The position numbers and the translations under genes are program-made. Below, one piece after another: positions 19,447 through 29,014 of a stretch of 64,000 bases of DNA. Below the pieces are notes generated by a model that was given only the letters and a program-made list of their open reading frames with translations, made no database searches and had not been told where the DNA came from. Numbering within the stretch: position 1 is the first letter of the stretch; the number at the start of each line of letters is the position of its first letter. The stretch comes from a virus (Duplodnaviria; Heunggongvirae; Uroviricota; Caudoviricetes), in IMG/VR virus record IMGVR_UViG_3300031111_000007, positions 64,001 to 128,000 of that record. One strand, given 5' to 3'.

Positions 19447-19626
19447 CTATGATGGTAATGGACCGCTACTTTCTGAACTTGAACTTCTACTACTTGAGCT
19501 TTCAGATGAAGATGAAATACTCATCGATGAGCTTGAAGATTGAGAACTTGAGGATACACTAAAACTCACCGATGAAGATGAGGAAGAACTTGATCTAAAT
19601 TGTATGTCATACCATAAATCAGCCAT
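19447..19626 (-). CDS. 59-aa nearly pure poly-Ser peptide
   Basis: Read manually: MADLWYDIQFRSSSSSSSVSFSVSSSSQ...SSGPLPS; abuts the upstream stop codon. Confidence 0.65.
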   Translation of the reverse strand: MADLWYDIQFRSSSSSSSSVSFSVSSSSQSSSSSMSISSSSESSSSRSSSSESSGPLPS

Positions 19627-19935
19627 TTAACATTCATCCGATACGTTTAGTTTAGTACAGTGATTTGTGATATCACCATCACTTCTATGTATTTCCCAAT
19701 AAACATCATACAAAGCAGCACTTGATGTTACCGTTTGAGTAATAGTTGTCCATACTTCATTCCTATAATTTCTTGCTGGTGTTCTTGGAACTACTACATT
19801 ATCCTTTCTCGCACCCTTAACAGTAACATATGCACCTGATGGATAGAAAGGACTGCCTGTTGTTTTCTTCCATATATTTATCTGAATTGTAGCCCTATCG
19901 TTCTTGCACAATTCCATATAAGTTCTATCAGCCAT
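19627..19935 (-). CDS. Hypothetical structural protein (Ig/BppU-like adaptor)
   Basis: Beta-rich, AALYDVYWEI; late operon. Confidence 0.45.
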   Translation of the reverse strand: MADRTYMELCKNDRATIQINIWKKTTGSPFYPSGAYVTVKGARKDNVVVPRTPARNYRNEVWTTITQTVTSSAALYDVYWEIHRSDGDITNHCTKLNVSDEC

Positions 19936-19938
19936 TTA

Positions 19939-20442
19939 TTATTTCCTCTTTTTCTTTTTCTTACTCTTGTTTCTGTTAAGTAGTACTTTTCTAAATTTAT
20001 TCATCAATGCAGACTTCACCTTCTTACTAAAATCTTTTGAGAATGTAGAGATAACAACCTTCTCAACATTATCAAGTGGTATTTCTTCTAAATTCTTAAT
20101 ATAATATACTGGCTTAATCATATATCTTCTCACAGCAGGTTTTAAATAAGGATATTTAGCCAGTACCTTTAACCATGTAAATTTCTTCTTTCCGGGTTTA
20201 TCTAATTCTTTCATCCATGCCTTGAGAAATCTTTTTCTCATAGCTCTTGGAATGTAAGTAAAATTTATTCCCTGAATAAGCCTCCATTGATGTCCTGAAT
20301 CATGTATACCAGTAATAGCAGACATAAATATAATTACTGGTTTAGGATCGTTATGCCAAGCATGATACTTGAATCGATAGAAATATCCAGAACGTAATGT
20401 TACACCTTTAAATCGTTTTGTATAAACATGTTTTAAACCCAT
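19939..20442 (-). CDS. gp2: DNA end protector gp2-like
   Basis: FYRFKY...DPKP, QGINFTYIP, LKPAVRRY. Confidence 0.6.
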   Translation of the reverse strand: MGLKHVYTKRFKGVTLRSGYFYRFKYHAWHNDPKPVIIFMSAITGIHDSGHQWRLIQGINFTYIPRAMRKRFLKAWMKELDKPGKKKFTWLKVLAKYPYLKPAVRRYMIKPVYYIKNLEEIPLDNVEKVVISTFSKDFSKKVKSALMNKFRKVLLNRNKSKKKKKRK

Positions 20443-20451
20443 ATCTTCTCC

Positions 20452-20733
20452 TTATACAAAATTCCAGATATTACCTTCTGACCCAATAAATTCCATCATT
20501 TCATCTTCATCTTCGATATCCAATTCTTTCTTTACACCAGCAAAATGACCTTCTGCATTAGTACCAGCAAGAGCAATATAGTCTTCTCCGAAATCTACAT
20601 CAACTCTATCTCCGGGTCTAAAGTCACCCCACCACTTCATAAATTGAATAGGTCTAATACCGTTTACCTTAACCCCTTTAATGCCAACTCTGGTTTCCGT
20701 AAACAGTTCCAATTTTTCCAACAGTTCTTTCAT
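20452..20733 (-). CDS. Hypothetical protein
   Basis: ORF track, operon context. Confidence 0.55.
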   Translation of the reverse strand: MKELLEKLELFTETRVGIKGVKVNGIRPIQFMKWWGDFRPGDRVDVDFGEDYIALAGTNAEGHFAGVKKELDIEDEDEMMEFIGSEGNIWNFV

Positions 20734-20752
20734 TTCATATCTCCTTTATAGA

Positions 20753-21022
20753 CTATTTCATCATAGCTTTCAATTCTGCCTTTATCTCTTTTGCCTTTGG
20801 TCCTTTCCATGATCTTGCGTTTGATAAGAAATAAAGCACAACACTTCTCGCATCATCAAACATATATTTATCGTTGATTGAGTTTAGCTGTGCCATAGCA
20901 CTCAAATATGGTTCTGCTGCATAATTTACCTTTTTCCAATCTCGTCTGATCTCCATTGCTATCGTACTCAATGGTCTGGTTTGTTTTCCTTCACCTAAAT
21001 ATTTCTCAATTAAATAGCTCAT
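20753..21022 (-). CDS. Conserved phage hypothetical protein
   Basis: RPLSTIAMEIRRDW...AEPYLSAM...VLYFLSNARSWKG. Confidence 0.6.
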   Translation of the reverse strand: MSYLIEKYLGEGKQTRPLSTIAMEIRRDWKKVNYAAEPYLSAMAQLNSINDKYMFDDARSVVLYFLSNARSWKGPKAKEIKAELKAMMK

Positions 21023-21468
21023 CTATTCCCCCTAAATAAATCTTTTTCTGTTATCACAACGAACTTCATTCCTAACTTCTTACAATACTCTTTTGCTGCA
21101 CTAAATTTAGCACGATTTATAAGAAAGGTTTGTTCTCTTATCGCCATCGTCTTATCACTCTTACCACCACGTTTCTTAGGTAGTCTACAATCTTTGGTTG
21201 GTTTCACTTCAGCAATGAAACGATTACCCCCCTTAAAACAAACATAAAAATCTGGATAATATATTCTCTTTTTATTATTCACAGGATCGAAATATGGTAT
21301 CCTATGATTTTCGCTTGACCACTCTGTTACCTTCTTATTGTAATCAAGCCATTCACACATTCTATATTCCCATGACGATCTACATATTATAGGGTACGTT
21401 CCACAATACTTCTCAGTATGTCTTGGAACATACTGTCTTTCATTCTTATTTCTTTTATATTTCTTCAT
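21019..21468 (-). CDS. gp4: Head completion nuclease gp4-like (TnsA-like PD-(D/E)xK)
   Basis: RSSWE, WSSE...IPY, YYPDF, AEVKP, FVVITEKDL. Confidence 0.9.
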   Translation of the reverse strand: MKKYKRNKNERQYVPRHTEKYCGTYPIICRSSWEYRMCEWLDYNKKVTEWSSENHRIPYFDPVNNKKRIYYPDFYVCFKGGNRFIAEVKPTKDCRLPKKRGGKSDKTMAIREQTFLINRAKFSAAKEYCKKLGMKFVVITEKDLFRGNR

Positions 21469-21791
21469 TACCTCAAGAATGCTTTTGGTGTTTGTTTTCT
21501 AATATAGTTAATCCAAGTCTGACTCACATTACCATAGGCTGTTCCAGTGGATATATAATTACCATCTCTCTTAGCAACGTAATCAGTAGTAGATGATTGA
21601 GAAGGACCATAAAGATAATCACCCTCAATCCAAAGAGCTTTACCACTACCAGAAGTAGCACCATCAATAAAAGCCTTGATAATTTTTTGGTCTTTGGGTT
21701 TCATCTTATAACCCATTACTTCATCTACCTTTTCTTTTTCTTCTTTTGTTTCCTCTTTCGGATTCAAATACTTGTCAATTAAACTCATCAT
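21468..21791 (-). CDS. Hypothetical protein
   Basis: ORF track, overlap-coupled to neighbours. Confidence 0.55.
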   Translation of the reverse strand: MMSLIDKYLNPKEETKEEKEKVDEVMGYKMKPKDQKIIKAFIDGATSGSGKALWIEGDYLYGPSQSSTTDYVAKRDGNYISTGTAYGNVSQTWINYIRKQTPKAFLR

Positions 21792-21796
21792 TCCTC

Positions 21797-22231
21797 CTAT
21801 AAAAATTTCCTAATTCTCTTACCTCTTGCAGTTTTACCCGAAGATGCTTTTCTCTTTTTCATTCTCGACCACTGTTTATATTTAGTAGTACGTCTGAATT
21901 TCTTAGCCTTCAATTTAATTGCAGCACGATTTCTTCTATAATCCATTCTTCTCTTTCTTTTATCAGATGGTTTAATCTTTACTTTTTTAGCAGCAACCAC
22001 TTCATCCAACTCATCATCTTCAAAAAGTTCCTCATCTAACTTATGGTCTGCAATCATATCAATCAAGTCAGTACACTCTACTATTTGATCTTCAGTAAGA
22101 CTCTCACTATCAAGATTCATAATGAATTCAATCATCATATCCATCAAATGAACATCTTCTTCTGGAAGATACTCATCTTTAGCCTCATCTTCTTTAAGGT
22201 ATTCTTCTAGTTTTCTCTGAATATCACTCAT
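21797..22231 (-). CDS. Prohead core protein gp68-like
   Basis: Acidic N-terminal half with many xE sites; basic RRNRAAIKLKAKKFRR C-terminal half. Confidence 0.55.
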   Translation of the reverse strand: MSDIQRKLEEYLKEDEAKDEYLPEEDVHLMDMMIEFIMNLDSESLTEDQIVECTDLIDMIADHKLDEELFEDDELDEVVAAKKVKIKPSDKRKRRMDYRRNRAAIKLKAKKFRRTTKYKQWSRMKKRKASSGKTARGKRIRKFL

Positions 22232-22461
22232 TAGTCAGTCTCCTTCTTTGCATTCCATCCTTTATCTACATCATCAAAAAATTTTGCCTGTTTATTTTTT
22301 GGTAAATCTTTAAAACTCTTAATTTTCCATTTCTTTAGCATCTTTTTGAAAAACGCATCGTACTCAGGACCACCAACTTTTCTTCCTTCAGTAATCCTTG
22401 GATCAACTTCTGATTCTAATCTTTCTAAAGTCTCATCGATTTTATTTATTAAGGTTTGCAT
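22231..22461 (-). CDS. Prohead-core-associated small protein
   Basis: YDAFFKKMLKKW...KFFDDVDKGW helical domain of T4-like head clusters. Confidence 0.5.
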   Translation of the reverse strand: MQTLINKIDETLERLESEVDPRITEGRKVGGPEYDAFFKKMLKKWKIKSFKDLPKNKQAKFFDDVDKGWNAKKETD

Positions 22462-22924
22462 CTCTATCACTCCTATCGCTTCTTTTTCTTACATGGTATC
22501 TCACTTTCTTTCTTCCAGTAGGTGTTCTTCCCTGTCTTGATAAGCGTTCTCTCTTATTTGCTCTTTTCCTACCTTCTGAACTACGTTTAAATTTTGCCTT
22601 TCTTCTCTTTACATGGGTACGATTTTTTCTGTACCATTTTTTTGAATATTGATTTTTAACTGCATTTGTTCTTTTAGCAAGTTTTGGTTTTCTTAATTCG
22701 TCAACTTCTTCTACTTCTGGTTCAAGGTCTTCAATCATATTAATAACCTTTTCCAATTGAGTATCATCAAGTCTATCAGGATCAAGATTAACAATGAAAT
22801 TAGCCATCCTATCAAACATTTCTTCATCAAAAGAGAAATCCAATTCAACATCTGTTTCTCCTTTTGGTGGTAAAATATTAGCCTCTTGTTCTAAAATATC
22901 ATCTATCTTATCGAATAAATCCAT
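22442..22924 (-). CDS. Prohead core protein gp68-like paralog
   Basis: Same acidic/basic layout as 21797-22231 (FIVNLD...KWYRKNR). Confidence 0.55.
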   Translation of the reverse strand: MDLFDKIDDILEQEANILPPKGETDVELDFSFDEEMFDRMANFIVNLDPDRLDDTQLEKVINMIEDLEPEVEEVDELRKPKLAKRTNAVKNQYSKKWYRKNRTHVKRRKAKFKRSSEGRKRANKRERLSRQGRTPTGRKKVRYHVRKRSDRSDRDANLNK

Positions 22925-23385
22925 TATTCACCTGATAATGCTTCTTTTAATTTTTTCTTGGCTACTTTCAATTCATATTCATCATCTTCTTTATCATCTT
23001 CAGGTGGTGGTGTTTCTGAATCATCTTCGGGTGATGGTTCTTCTTCTCCTTCTGGTCCTTGTGGTCCACCAGCACCATCCAAGACATCCCTTACTCTCGA
23101 CTCTTGTTTCTCAAAAGCAGGTAGAATCTTCTCTTTCCTATCAACTGCATTAACAATAGCCCTTAAAGCAACAATAAACTCTGAATACTCCTTTGACATA
23201 TCTGCTAAAAGCTGATGTGCTTTCTTGACAAATACAGGATTATCCTCAACTGACATGATTCCATCTTCCAATTCATCTATGAAATCCTCAATTGTATCAT
23301 CCAACACATGTAACTTTCTAAGCATCTTTCCTTCTCTTTTTTTAGTCGATGCCTCATTTAAAACTTCTCTGAATTTTTCTCCCAT
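22924..23385 (-). CDS. Hypothetical head-associated acidic protein
   Basis: ORF track; Pro/Glu-rich C-terminus. Confidence 0.55.
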   Translation of the reverse strand: MGEKFREVLNEASTKKREGKMLRKLHVLDDTIEDFIDELEDGIMSVEDNPVFVKKAHQLLADMSKEYSEFIVALRAIVNAVDRKEKILPAFEKQESRVRDVLDGAGGPQGPEGEEEPSPEDDSETPPPEDDKEDDEYELKVAKKKLKEALSGE

Positions 23386-23591
23386 TACAAAATTCCCCCA
23401 TCTATTAGGTCTTGAATTTTTTTCTGTACTTCCTCATTAAACATAGAAATAGTTTTTTCTCTATTATCAGAATTTTTTACAATCTCCACAATCTGCTTGA
23501 AATCAGCAGACATATCCTGTGATAGAGAAATCAACTCCTTTTTCTCCTGTATCTCAATATATTTATCTATCGTTTCTAATAATCGTTCCAT
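23385..23591 (-). CDS. Hypothetical protein
   Basis: First gene after late promoter 23601. Confidence 0.55.
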   Translation of the reverse strand: MERLLETIDKYIEIQEKKELISLSQDMSADFKQIVEIVKNSDNREKTISMFNEEVQKKIQDLIDGGIL

Positions 23592-23600
23592 ATCACTAAT

Positions 23601-23608
23601 TATTTATA
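23601..23608 (-). promoter_or_regulatory. T4-type late promoter TATAAATA
   Basis: Exact match at the divergence point. Confidence 0.75.
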
Positions 23609-23635
23609 AAAATTTAGTCAATCTGATAAAAAAAA

Positions 23636-23643
23636 TATAAATA
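23636..23643 (+). promoter_or_regulatory. T4-type late promoter TATAAATA driving the lysis cassette
   Basis: Exact match, divergent partner of 23601. Confidence 0.75.
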
Positions 23644-23676
23644 TATTTAGAAACTATTTTAAAAGGGAGCACTCAT

Positions 23677-24069
23677 ATGTCAGAAGATAAATTGACTAGA
23701 GATGATCTTGTCTTGTTAATGGAGAGTTATCGAAACATGATAACCATGCATCAGACGATATTGGATCAATCTGAAAAAACGATAGAGAAAATGGGTCTAA
23801 TCGCTACGAAACAAGATGATCTATATTCTAAACAAAATAGTGTATGTGGTACATTAAATAAAGTATCATCGAATCTTGATGATACAACCAAAAGTTTATC
23901 AGAAGCAGCAAAAGCAGCAGTCAGACATGAAAAAGATGTCATGGCACAACATAATAGAATAGAAACAAAAATTCATCTTGGTTGGATAGGAATGGGTACT
24001 ATAATAATAGGATTAATAGGACTTATTATTGCTTTAACTGATTTGATACAAAGTACACCATTACCATAA
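23677..24069 (+). CDS. Holin-like coiled-coil protein with C-terminal TM
   Basis: GWIGMGTIIIGLIGLIIAL TM; first gene of the cassette. Confidence 0.5.
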   Translation: MSEDKLTRDDLVLLMESYRNMITMHQTILDQSEKTIEKMGLIATKQDDLYSKQNSVCGTLNKVSSNLDDTTKSLSEAAKAAVRHEKDVMAQHNRIETKIHLGWIGMGTIIIGLIGLIIALTDLIQSTPLP

Positions 24070-24078
24070 GGAGAAAAA

Positions 24079-24612
24079 ATGTCAGAATTAGAAAACTTGA
24101 GAGAAATTATATTTAATATGCTTAACTTCACAAATATGTATTGTCTTGTGTTAAATAAAGAAATGGTAATCAAATTTGTTAATTTAAGCCTTGCAATAGA
24201 CTTAGGTTACAAATCATATGAAGAACTATTAGGACATTGCTGGCTTAATTTTATTAAAGAAGAAGAAAAACAAATGATAGAAACAATCCATAATTCAATA
24301 GCACAAGGAACAAAAGGTTGGGAAGAAAAATATAGAGAAGTTCAAAGTAATATAATAACAAAAGATGGTAAAGAATTTCCTGTCTATTGGTTTAATTCAC
24401 ATATTAATACAGACATAAATTGGTCATTCAGTTTTGGTATTAAAAAACTACAATCTGATAAAGAAGATGATATAAGAGATTTTTATTTTGATATTCTAAA
24501 AAGAGATAGAGTTATAATAAATTCTATGAGAGATTCATTAGGATTGAGAGATAGAATTGTTGATACATGTAAACCAACTTTTGTAGCTGATGAAAGAATA
24601 TCATTTGGTTAA
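24079..24612 (+). CDS. Stand-alone PAS-domain protein
   Basis: IKFVN...LGYKSYEELLG...WLNFI; IITKDGKEFPVYWFNS. Confidence 0.8.
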   Translation: MSELENLREIIFNMLNFTNMYCLVLNKEMVIKFVNLSLAIDLGYKSYEELLGHCWLNFIKEEEKQMIETIHNSIAQGTKGWEEKYREVQSNIITKDGKEFPVYWFNSHINTDINWSFSFGIKKLQSDKEDDIRDFYFDILKRDRVIINSMRDSLGLRDRIVDTCKPTFVADERISFG

Positions 24613-24624
24613 TGTGAGGAAAAT

Positions 24625-25050
24625 ATGAAAGATGTATTTTTAGTGAGAACTGTAACTAGTGATCAAGGTACTGAAGGATTTTTAACACAATTAGAAAGTG
24701 AATTTTTTTGTCGAACTTTAGAATTACCTTGGAGAGATAACCAGAGAAGTATTTCATGTATACCAGCAGGTGAGTATATTGTCAGAATAAGACAATCACC
24801 TAAATATGGAAAAATATATTGGGTGACAAATGTTCCTGATAGAAACTGGATATTAATACACTCAGGTAACGTAGCAGGAGATGTGAAAAAAGGATTTCGA
24901 ACTCATGTTCAAGGATGTATATTGTTGGGTAAGAAACATGGATATTTGTATGATCAAAGAGCAGTACTCACATCCAGACCAACAGTAAAATCATTTATGA
25001 GAACTATGAACTATGAATCGTTTAAGTTAACAATTGTAGGAGGATTTTAG
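24625..25050 (+). CDS. DUF5675 family, putative endolysin
   Basis: TLELPWRDNQRSISCIPAGEY, ILIHSGN, GCILLG. Confidence 0.8.
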   Translation: MKDVFLVRTVTSDQGTEGFLTQLESEFFCRTLELPWRDNQRSISCIPAGEYIVRIRQSPKYGKIYWVTNVPDRNWILIHSGNVAGDVKKGFRTHVQGCILLGKKHGYLYDQRAVLTSRPTVKSFMRTMNYESFKLTIVGGF

Positions 25051-25051
25051 A

Positions 25052-25702
25052 ATGTTATTAGAAACAATTCTCGGAGGGGTCACAGGTTTAGTAGGTAATG
25101 TGGTAAGTAGTATCTTTAAATTCAAGACTGCAAAACTTGATATGGAAGCTACCAAATTAAAAAATACTCATGAACTTGCAATGATTGATGCTGAAACAAG
25201 AGCAATGATAGAAGAAGCAAAAGCCAATATCAAAATCACTCAAGCTCAAGTTGAAGGTGCTATTGAAATTGAAGATTCAAAAGCATTCATGGAAGCACAA
25301 AAACAAGGTAATAAAATACTACTGGATAATCAATGGGTAACAGCATTATTAAATGTTGAAAATAAATGGGCAAAGATCGTCACCGTTCCTATTGCAAGTT
25401 TGATTTCAATATTATTTGGATTTGTAGATTTCTTGAGAGGAATTATCAGACCAGTTCTCACAGTTTATCTATGTGGCGTAACAACATGGGTTACATGGAT
25501 GGCATGGCAAATTATGCAAGCCCATGGAATAGGAATGACAGCAGTACAAGCAACAGTTATATTCAATGATGTTACCAGCATCGTAACATATCTAACAGTA
25601 TCTTGTGTTACTTGGTGGTTTGGTGATAGACGTATGGCAAAAACCATTATGGAGCTTAAAGGAGCATCCACTACTAAATTAGATAAGGAAATAAATATAT
25701 AA
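25052..25702 (+). CDS. Holin-like membrane protein (GTA 3TM-holin-like)
   Basis: RGIIRPVLT, VTWWFGDR, several TMs. Confidence 0.65.
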   Translation: MLLETILGGVTGLVGNVVSSIFKFKTAKLDMEATKLKNTHELAMIDAETRAMIEEAKANIKITQAQVEGAIEIEDSKAFMEAQKQGNKILLDNQWVTALLNVENKWAKIVTVPIASLISILFGFVDFLRGIIRPVLTVYLCGVTTWVTWMAWQIMQAHGIGMTAVQATVIFNDVTSIVTYLTVSCVTWWFGDRRMAKTIMELKGASTTKLDKEINI

Positions 25703-26073
25703 TGAAATTTAAAAATTATTTAAAAGAAGATGCTATATCAAAAGCATTGGATTTACCAGAACCAGACGTAGGTGGTGATTATCCACAAGAAAAAGTAGAA
25801 AGATATATAAAAATAATCGATGCTGCAATGTCAGCAATGACAAAAAAAGAGGAATCTGAAGCTAATGATGCTATAGTATCTGATCTAAGAGATAAGAAAA
25901 AGAAATGGCAAAATGTAAAGAAAGAAACTAAACCTGTCAAAACCAAACTTGAAGTTCCTCCGGGTGAAGAAGAAGGTGATGGTCCTCCACCCCCTCAAGA
26001 TAAAGAAGAAGAACCACCACCTAAAAAACAAGAAGAAAATACTATATTGAGACTACTTAGAAAAATGCTTTAA
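25702..26073 (+). CDS. Hypothetical protein with MKFKNYLKE leader
   Basis: ORF track; TAATG coupling. Confidence 0.55.
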   Translation: MKFKNYLKEDAISKALDLPEPDVGGDYPQEKVERYIKIIDAAMSAMTKKEESEANDAIVSDLRDKKKKWQNVKKETKPVKTKLEVPPGEEEGDGPPPPQDKEEEPPPKKQEENTILRLLRKML

Positions 26074-28747
26074 AAGCTGTTTCATCTCTATCAATGATTG
26101 CTTCTTTCCTAATAGGTTCAAGAAGCAATCTTATTTTCTTCACAAAAAATTTATCAATCATGGTATCTGGATCGTATTGAATAATGCTATCAAACTCTTT
26201 AGGCCATTCGTTAAACGTAATGGTCTTTATATTATATGGGTTTTTCTTAGCATATATTACTTTTGCTTTTACACCCTCATGTACATCTTCATACTTATTC
26301 ACAATATCAAGTTCTTTAAGAAGCATACGATAGCTGTGAACCCCCTTAACATGCCAAGGAGTACCTTTCAATGGTTGACCCGAACCCAAGTATTTCCTGA
26401 TATTATTAATGCCTATATTGGCCGCTAGAGCTTCAGGATCAAGTTCTCTCAATTCATTCTTATACTTTCTTATCTGGCTTGCTATCTTTTCATCATCTTC
26501 CTGCTTCATGATCATTTCCATTATATGCGTTAAACGTGGTCTAATAGCTTCAGCAGATTCAGAACGTACAATCTCCAATCCAGTAACCTTGATCTTATTA
26601 GTAGGTTTACCTTCATCGTTTAATAACCAGTAAGCATACTTCTTTTTCTTAACAAATAATGCTGTTTTAGCAATAATCTCTTGTTTGAATGCAATCTTAA
26701 AATCAAGTACCTGAGAATTATAATCTAATAACTGAGTCTCATTAAAAATTCTATTATCAATATATTTCTCCATTGATCTTGAGATTTTCTTTATCAACTC
26801 AATCTTATCATCATCATTCAAGTTTTTCCAATAATCTTCATATCCTTGATCTTCAATCCATTTTCCTAATTTAACAAACAATGAATCCGTATCGATATAC
26901 GCAACATAATCATCTCTATGTTCTCTCTCAACAGAATTCCTATACGGCATAATATCAAATAAATCATTAGAAGGTTTATTGAGAAGATCATTACAGAATG
27001 TTTGTCCTGATTTAATTGTATGTCTACCGCAAGAAGTAATAGCTTCTGCAATATGAGTATTGAAATATCGTGAGTATGGTACTGATAGAATACCAAAAAA
27101 AGCATTCATCATAATCTTCAAAGCAAGCTGTAATGAATGAGCTTGCATCTTTTTCTCAAGACATTCTTTCTTATCAGATTCTAACTCACATTCTTGAGCT
27201 TTATCGTGCCATTCAGATTTCTTACCCTTAACTTCTTTACGTTTGAAGAAAACAGCTTTCTCAACTCTTGCTACAACTCCGGGTTTATTGGTAGTAAACA
27301 CAGAACCACATGGTGCTATAGCTAATAAACCTTTCTTCAATGCCATATTAAATTGTTTTAGTGAATCACCAAAAAACGAAACTATATCCCAATCACCTTT
27401 GATATCTTCTCTTACCATCTTAAATTCTGGAAATTCTCTCTTTCTCGTATAATCAATAACAGCCGCTTCTTCCATTCTTGTTATCCTACCAAAGAATGTT
27501 TCAACTGACATATTCAATGCTATAATATGAGATGGATATGAAGATGTAATATCGATATCAACTACCCATTCATGCATTCCCTTCTGTGGTTCCTTAACAT
27601 GAGCAGCAGCAAAAGGTGCTTGTTCTCCACCAGCAAAATAAGGCGCACATAAACGATTTCTTCTATAGTAGGTAATCATCAACCCTTCAATCAACTGAGT
27701 CTGAGCATTATAATTTCTCATAGGAGATTTACAAAGCAAACTCAATGCCTGAATCATCTTGATATATCCAAGACGTTCTTCTAGGTCATATACTCTCTCA
27801 CAGTCAATTATGTTATAGTCAACAAATCTACTCCACTCTTTATCGGCAAGATCGTTCAGATTGTCATATGGATTTGGTAGCTTACCTTTACCCAATTCTG
27901 TTTGAGAAACATATTCCAATGTATACCGTTCAAGATTCTTACCATACCATTTATAAACATCATAGTAATCAAGGATAGTCATACCAGCAATATCAATGTT
28001 TATATTCTCAGATGATGATTTAGGTTTCCAAATACTCACCCTGTTAATGGTTGACATTCTACTATACAAATATCTACCTTCATCTTCACCGAATAAAACT
28101 ATCGCCCGATTGACCAAATAAGGTAAATCGAACCACCATATATTCCATCCACTGAGAACATCACAAGGAAACTTATTCATAAAATTAAAAAATCTTCTCA
28201 ATAAAGTTTCCTCATTCTCACATCTAAAATACTTTATATCTTTTGGTATCTCATAATCATTAGCAGTATGACCACCATAATACTTGTTGTTTATGTTATC
28301 ATACCCAAACGTATAAGTGGTGCCTGTAATACTGTCCTTTAGAGATATAAGAGTGATAGGGTCTTGTGGATTGTTTACATCAGGAAATCCTTCTTTTGGC
28401 CTTGCTTCAATATCAAGATAATATACCTTTAGAGTAGGTACATACATCTCATCATCTGGTATTCCATAATATCTTTCTGCAAGGAACTGGATTTCATTTC
28501 TGACATTATTCTCAGATAAGGTTGGATTCTTATGATCATCTAAGAATTTTTTATAATCATAATACTTCTGAAATGTCTTTTTCTGAACTGGATTACCGAA
28601 TATTGTTCTCGCATCTTCTTCTCCTTCTGTAGTGGGTACAAACAAATATGGAGTCCACTCGATTTCTGTTTTCAAGTTTTCCCCATTTATTTGTTCCCAT
28701 AAATGAATAACTGACTGTCTTGTGTCATAATACACGTTCTTAAACAT
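26057..28747 (-). CDS. gp43: Family B DNA polymerase
   Basis: YLDIE exonuclease I, DITSSYPS, KIMMNAFFG, YIDTDS, KKKY. Confidence 0.96.
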   Translation of the reverse strand: MFKNVYYDTRQSVIHLWEQINGENLKTEIEWTPYLFVPTTEGEEDARTIFGNPVQKKTFQKYYDYKKFLDDHKNPTLSENNVRNEIQFLAERYYGIPDDEMYVPTLKVYYLDIEARPKEGFPDVNNPQDPITLISLKDSITGTTYTFGYDNINNKYYGGHTANDYEIPKDIKYFRCENEETLLRRFFNFMNKFPCDVLSGWNIWWFDLPYLVNRAIVLFGEDEGRYLYSRMSTINRVSIWKPKSSSENINIDIAGMTILDYYDVYKWYGKNLERYTLEYVSQTELGKGKLPNPYDNLNDLADKEWSRFVDYNIIDCERVYDLEERLGYIKMIQALSLLCKSPMRNYNAQTQLIEGLMITYYRRNRLCAPYFAGGEQAPFAAAHVKEPQKGMHEWVVDIDITSSYPSHIIALNMSVETFFGRITRMEEAAVIDYTRKREFPEFKMVREDIKGDWDIVSFFGDSLKQFNMALKKGLLAIAPCGSVFTTNKPGVVARVEKAVFFKRKEVKGKKSEWHDKAQECELESDKKECLEKKMQAHSLQLALKIMMNAFFGILSVPYSRYFNTHIAEAITSCGRHTIKSGQTFCNDLLNKPSNDLFDIMPYRNSVEREHRDDYVAYIDTDSLFVKLGKWIEDQGYEDYWKNLNDDDKIELIKKISRSMEKYIDNRIFNETQLLDYNSQVLDFKIAFKQEIIAKTALFVKKKKYAYWLLNDEGKPTNKIKVTGLEIVRSESAEAIRPRLTHIMEMIMKQEDDEKIASQIRKYKNELRELDPEALAANIGINNIRKYLGSGQPLKGTPWHVKGVHSYRMLLKELDIVNKYEDVHEGVKAKVIYAKKNPYNIKTITFNEWPKEFDSIIQYDPDTMIDKFFVKKIRLLLEPIRKEAIIDRDETAFKAFF

Positions 28748-28809
28748 TTAACCTCCTTTGGCTTATCATGGCAGTCATTTCATGCCCATTTGCCGTAATG
28801 TTTTATTTT

Positions 28810-28838
28810 GAGAATGGGTATTGAGTATACCCATTCTC
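28810..28838. terminator. 11-bp inverted repeat (terminator-like) upstream of the polymerase
   Basis: gagaatgggta-ttgagta-tacccattctc. Confidence 0.5.
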
Positions 28839-28846
28839 CCTACTTT

Positions 28847-28993
28847 TTAATTACTTCCGTTTCTTCTACCTCCACGACCTCTACCACCACGACCTTTACC
28901 ACCACCTGATCCATCTCTCTTTGGTGTGGGATATCCTTTGTTAGTACTTTTCGGTCCTTTTCCATCTGGACCCGTACCATCTCCTCTAGGCAT
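28847..28993 (-). CDS. Small Gly/Arg-rich DUF5320-like protein
   Basis: MPRGDGTGPDGKGP...GRGGRGRGG; the track ORF extension overlaps a tRNA. Confidence 0.6.
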   Translation of the reverse strand: MPRGDGTGPDGKGPKSTNKGYPTPKRDGSGGGKGRGGRGRGGRRNGSN

Positions 28994-29014
28994 TATATCA
29001 CCCCCTTTTTTATT

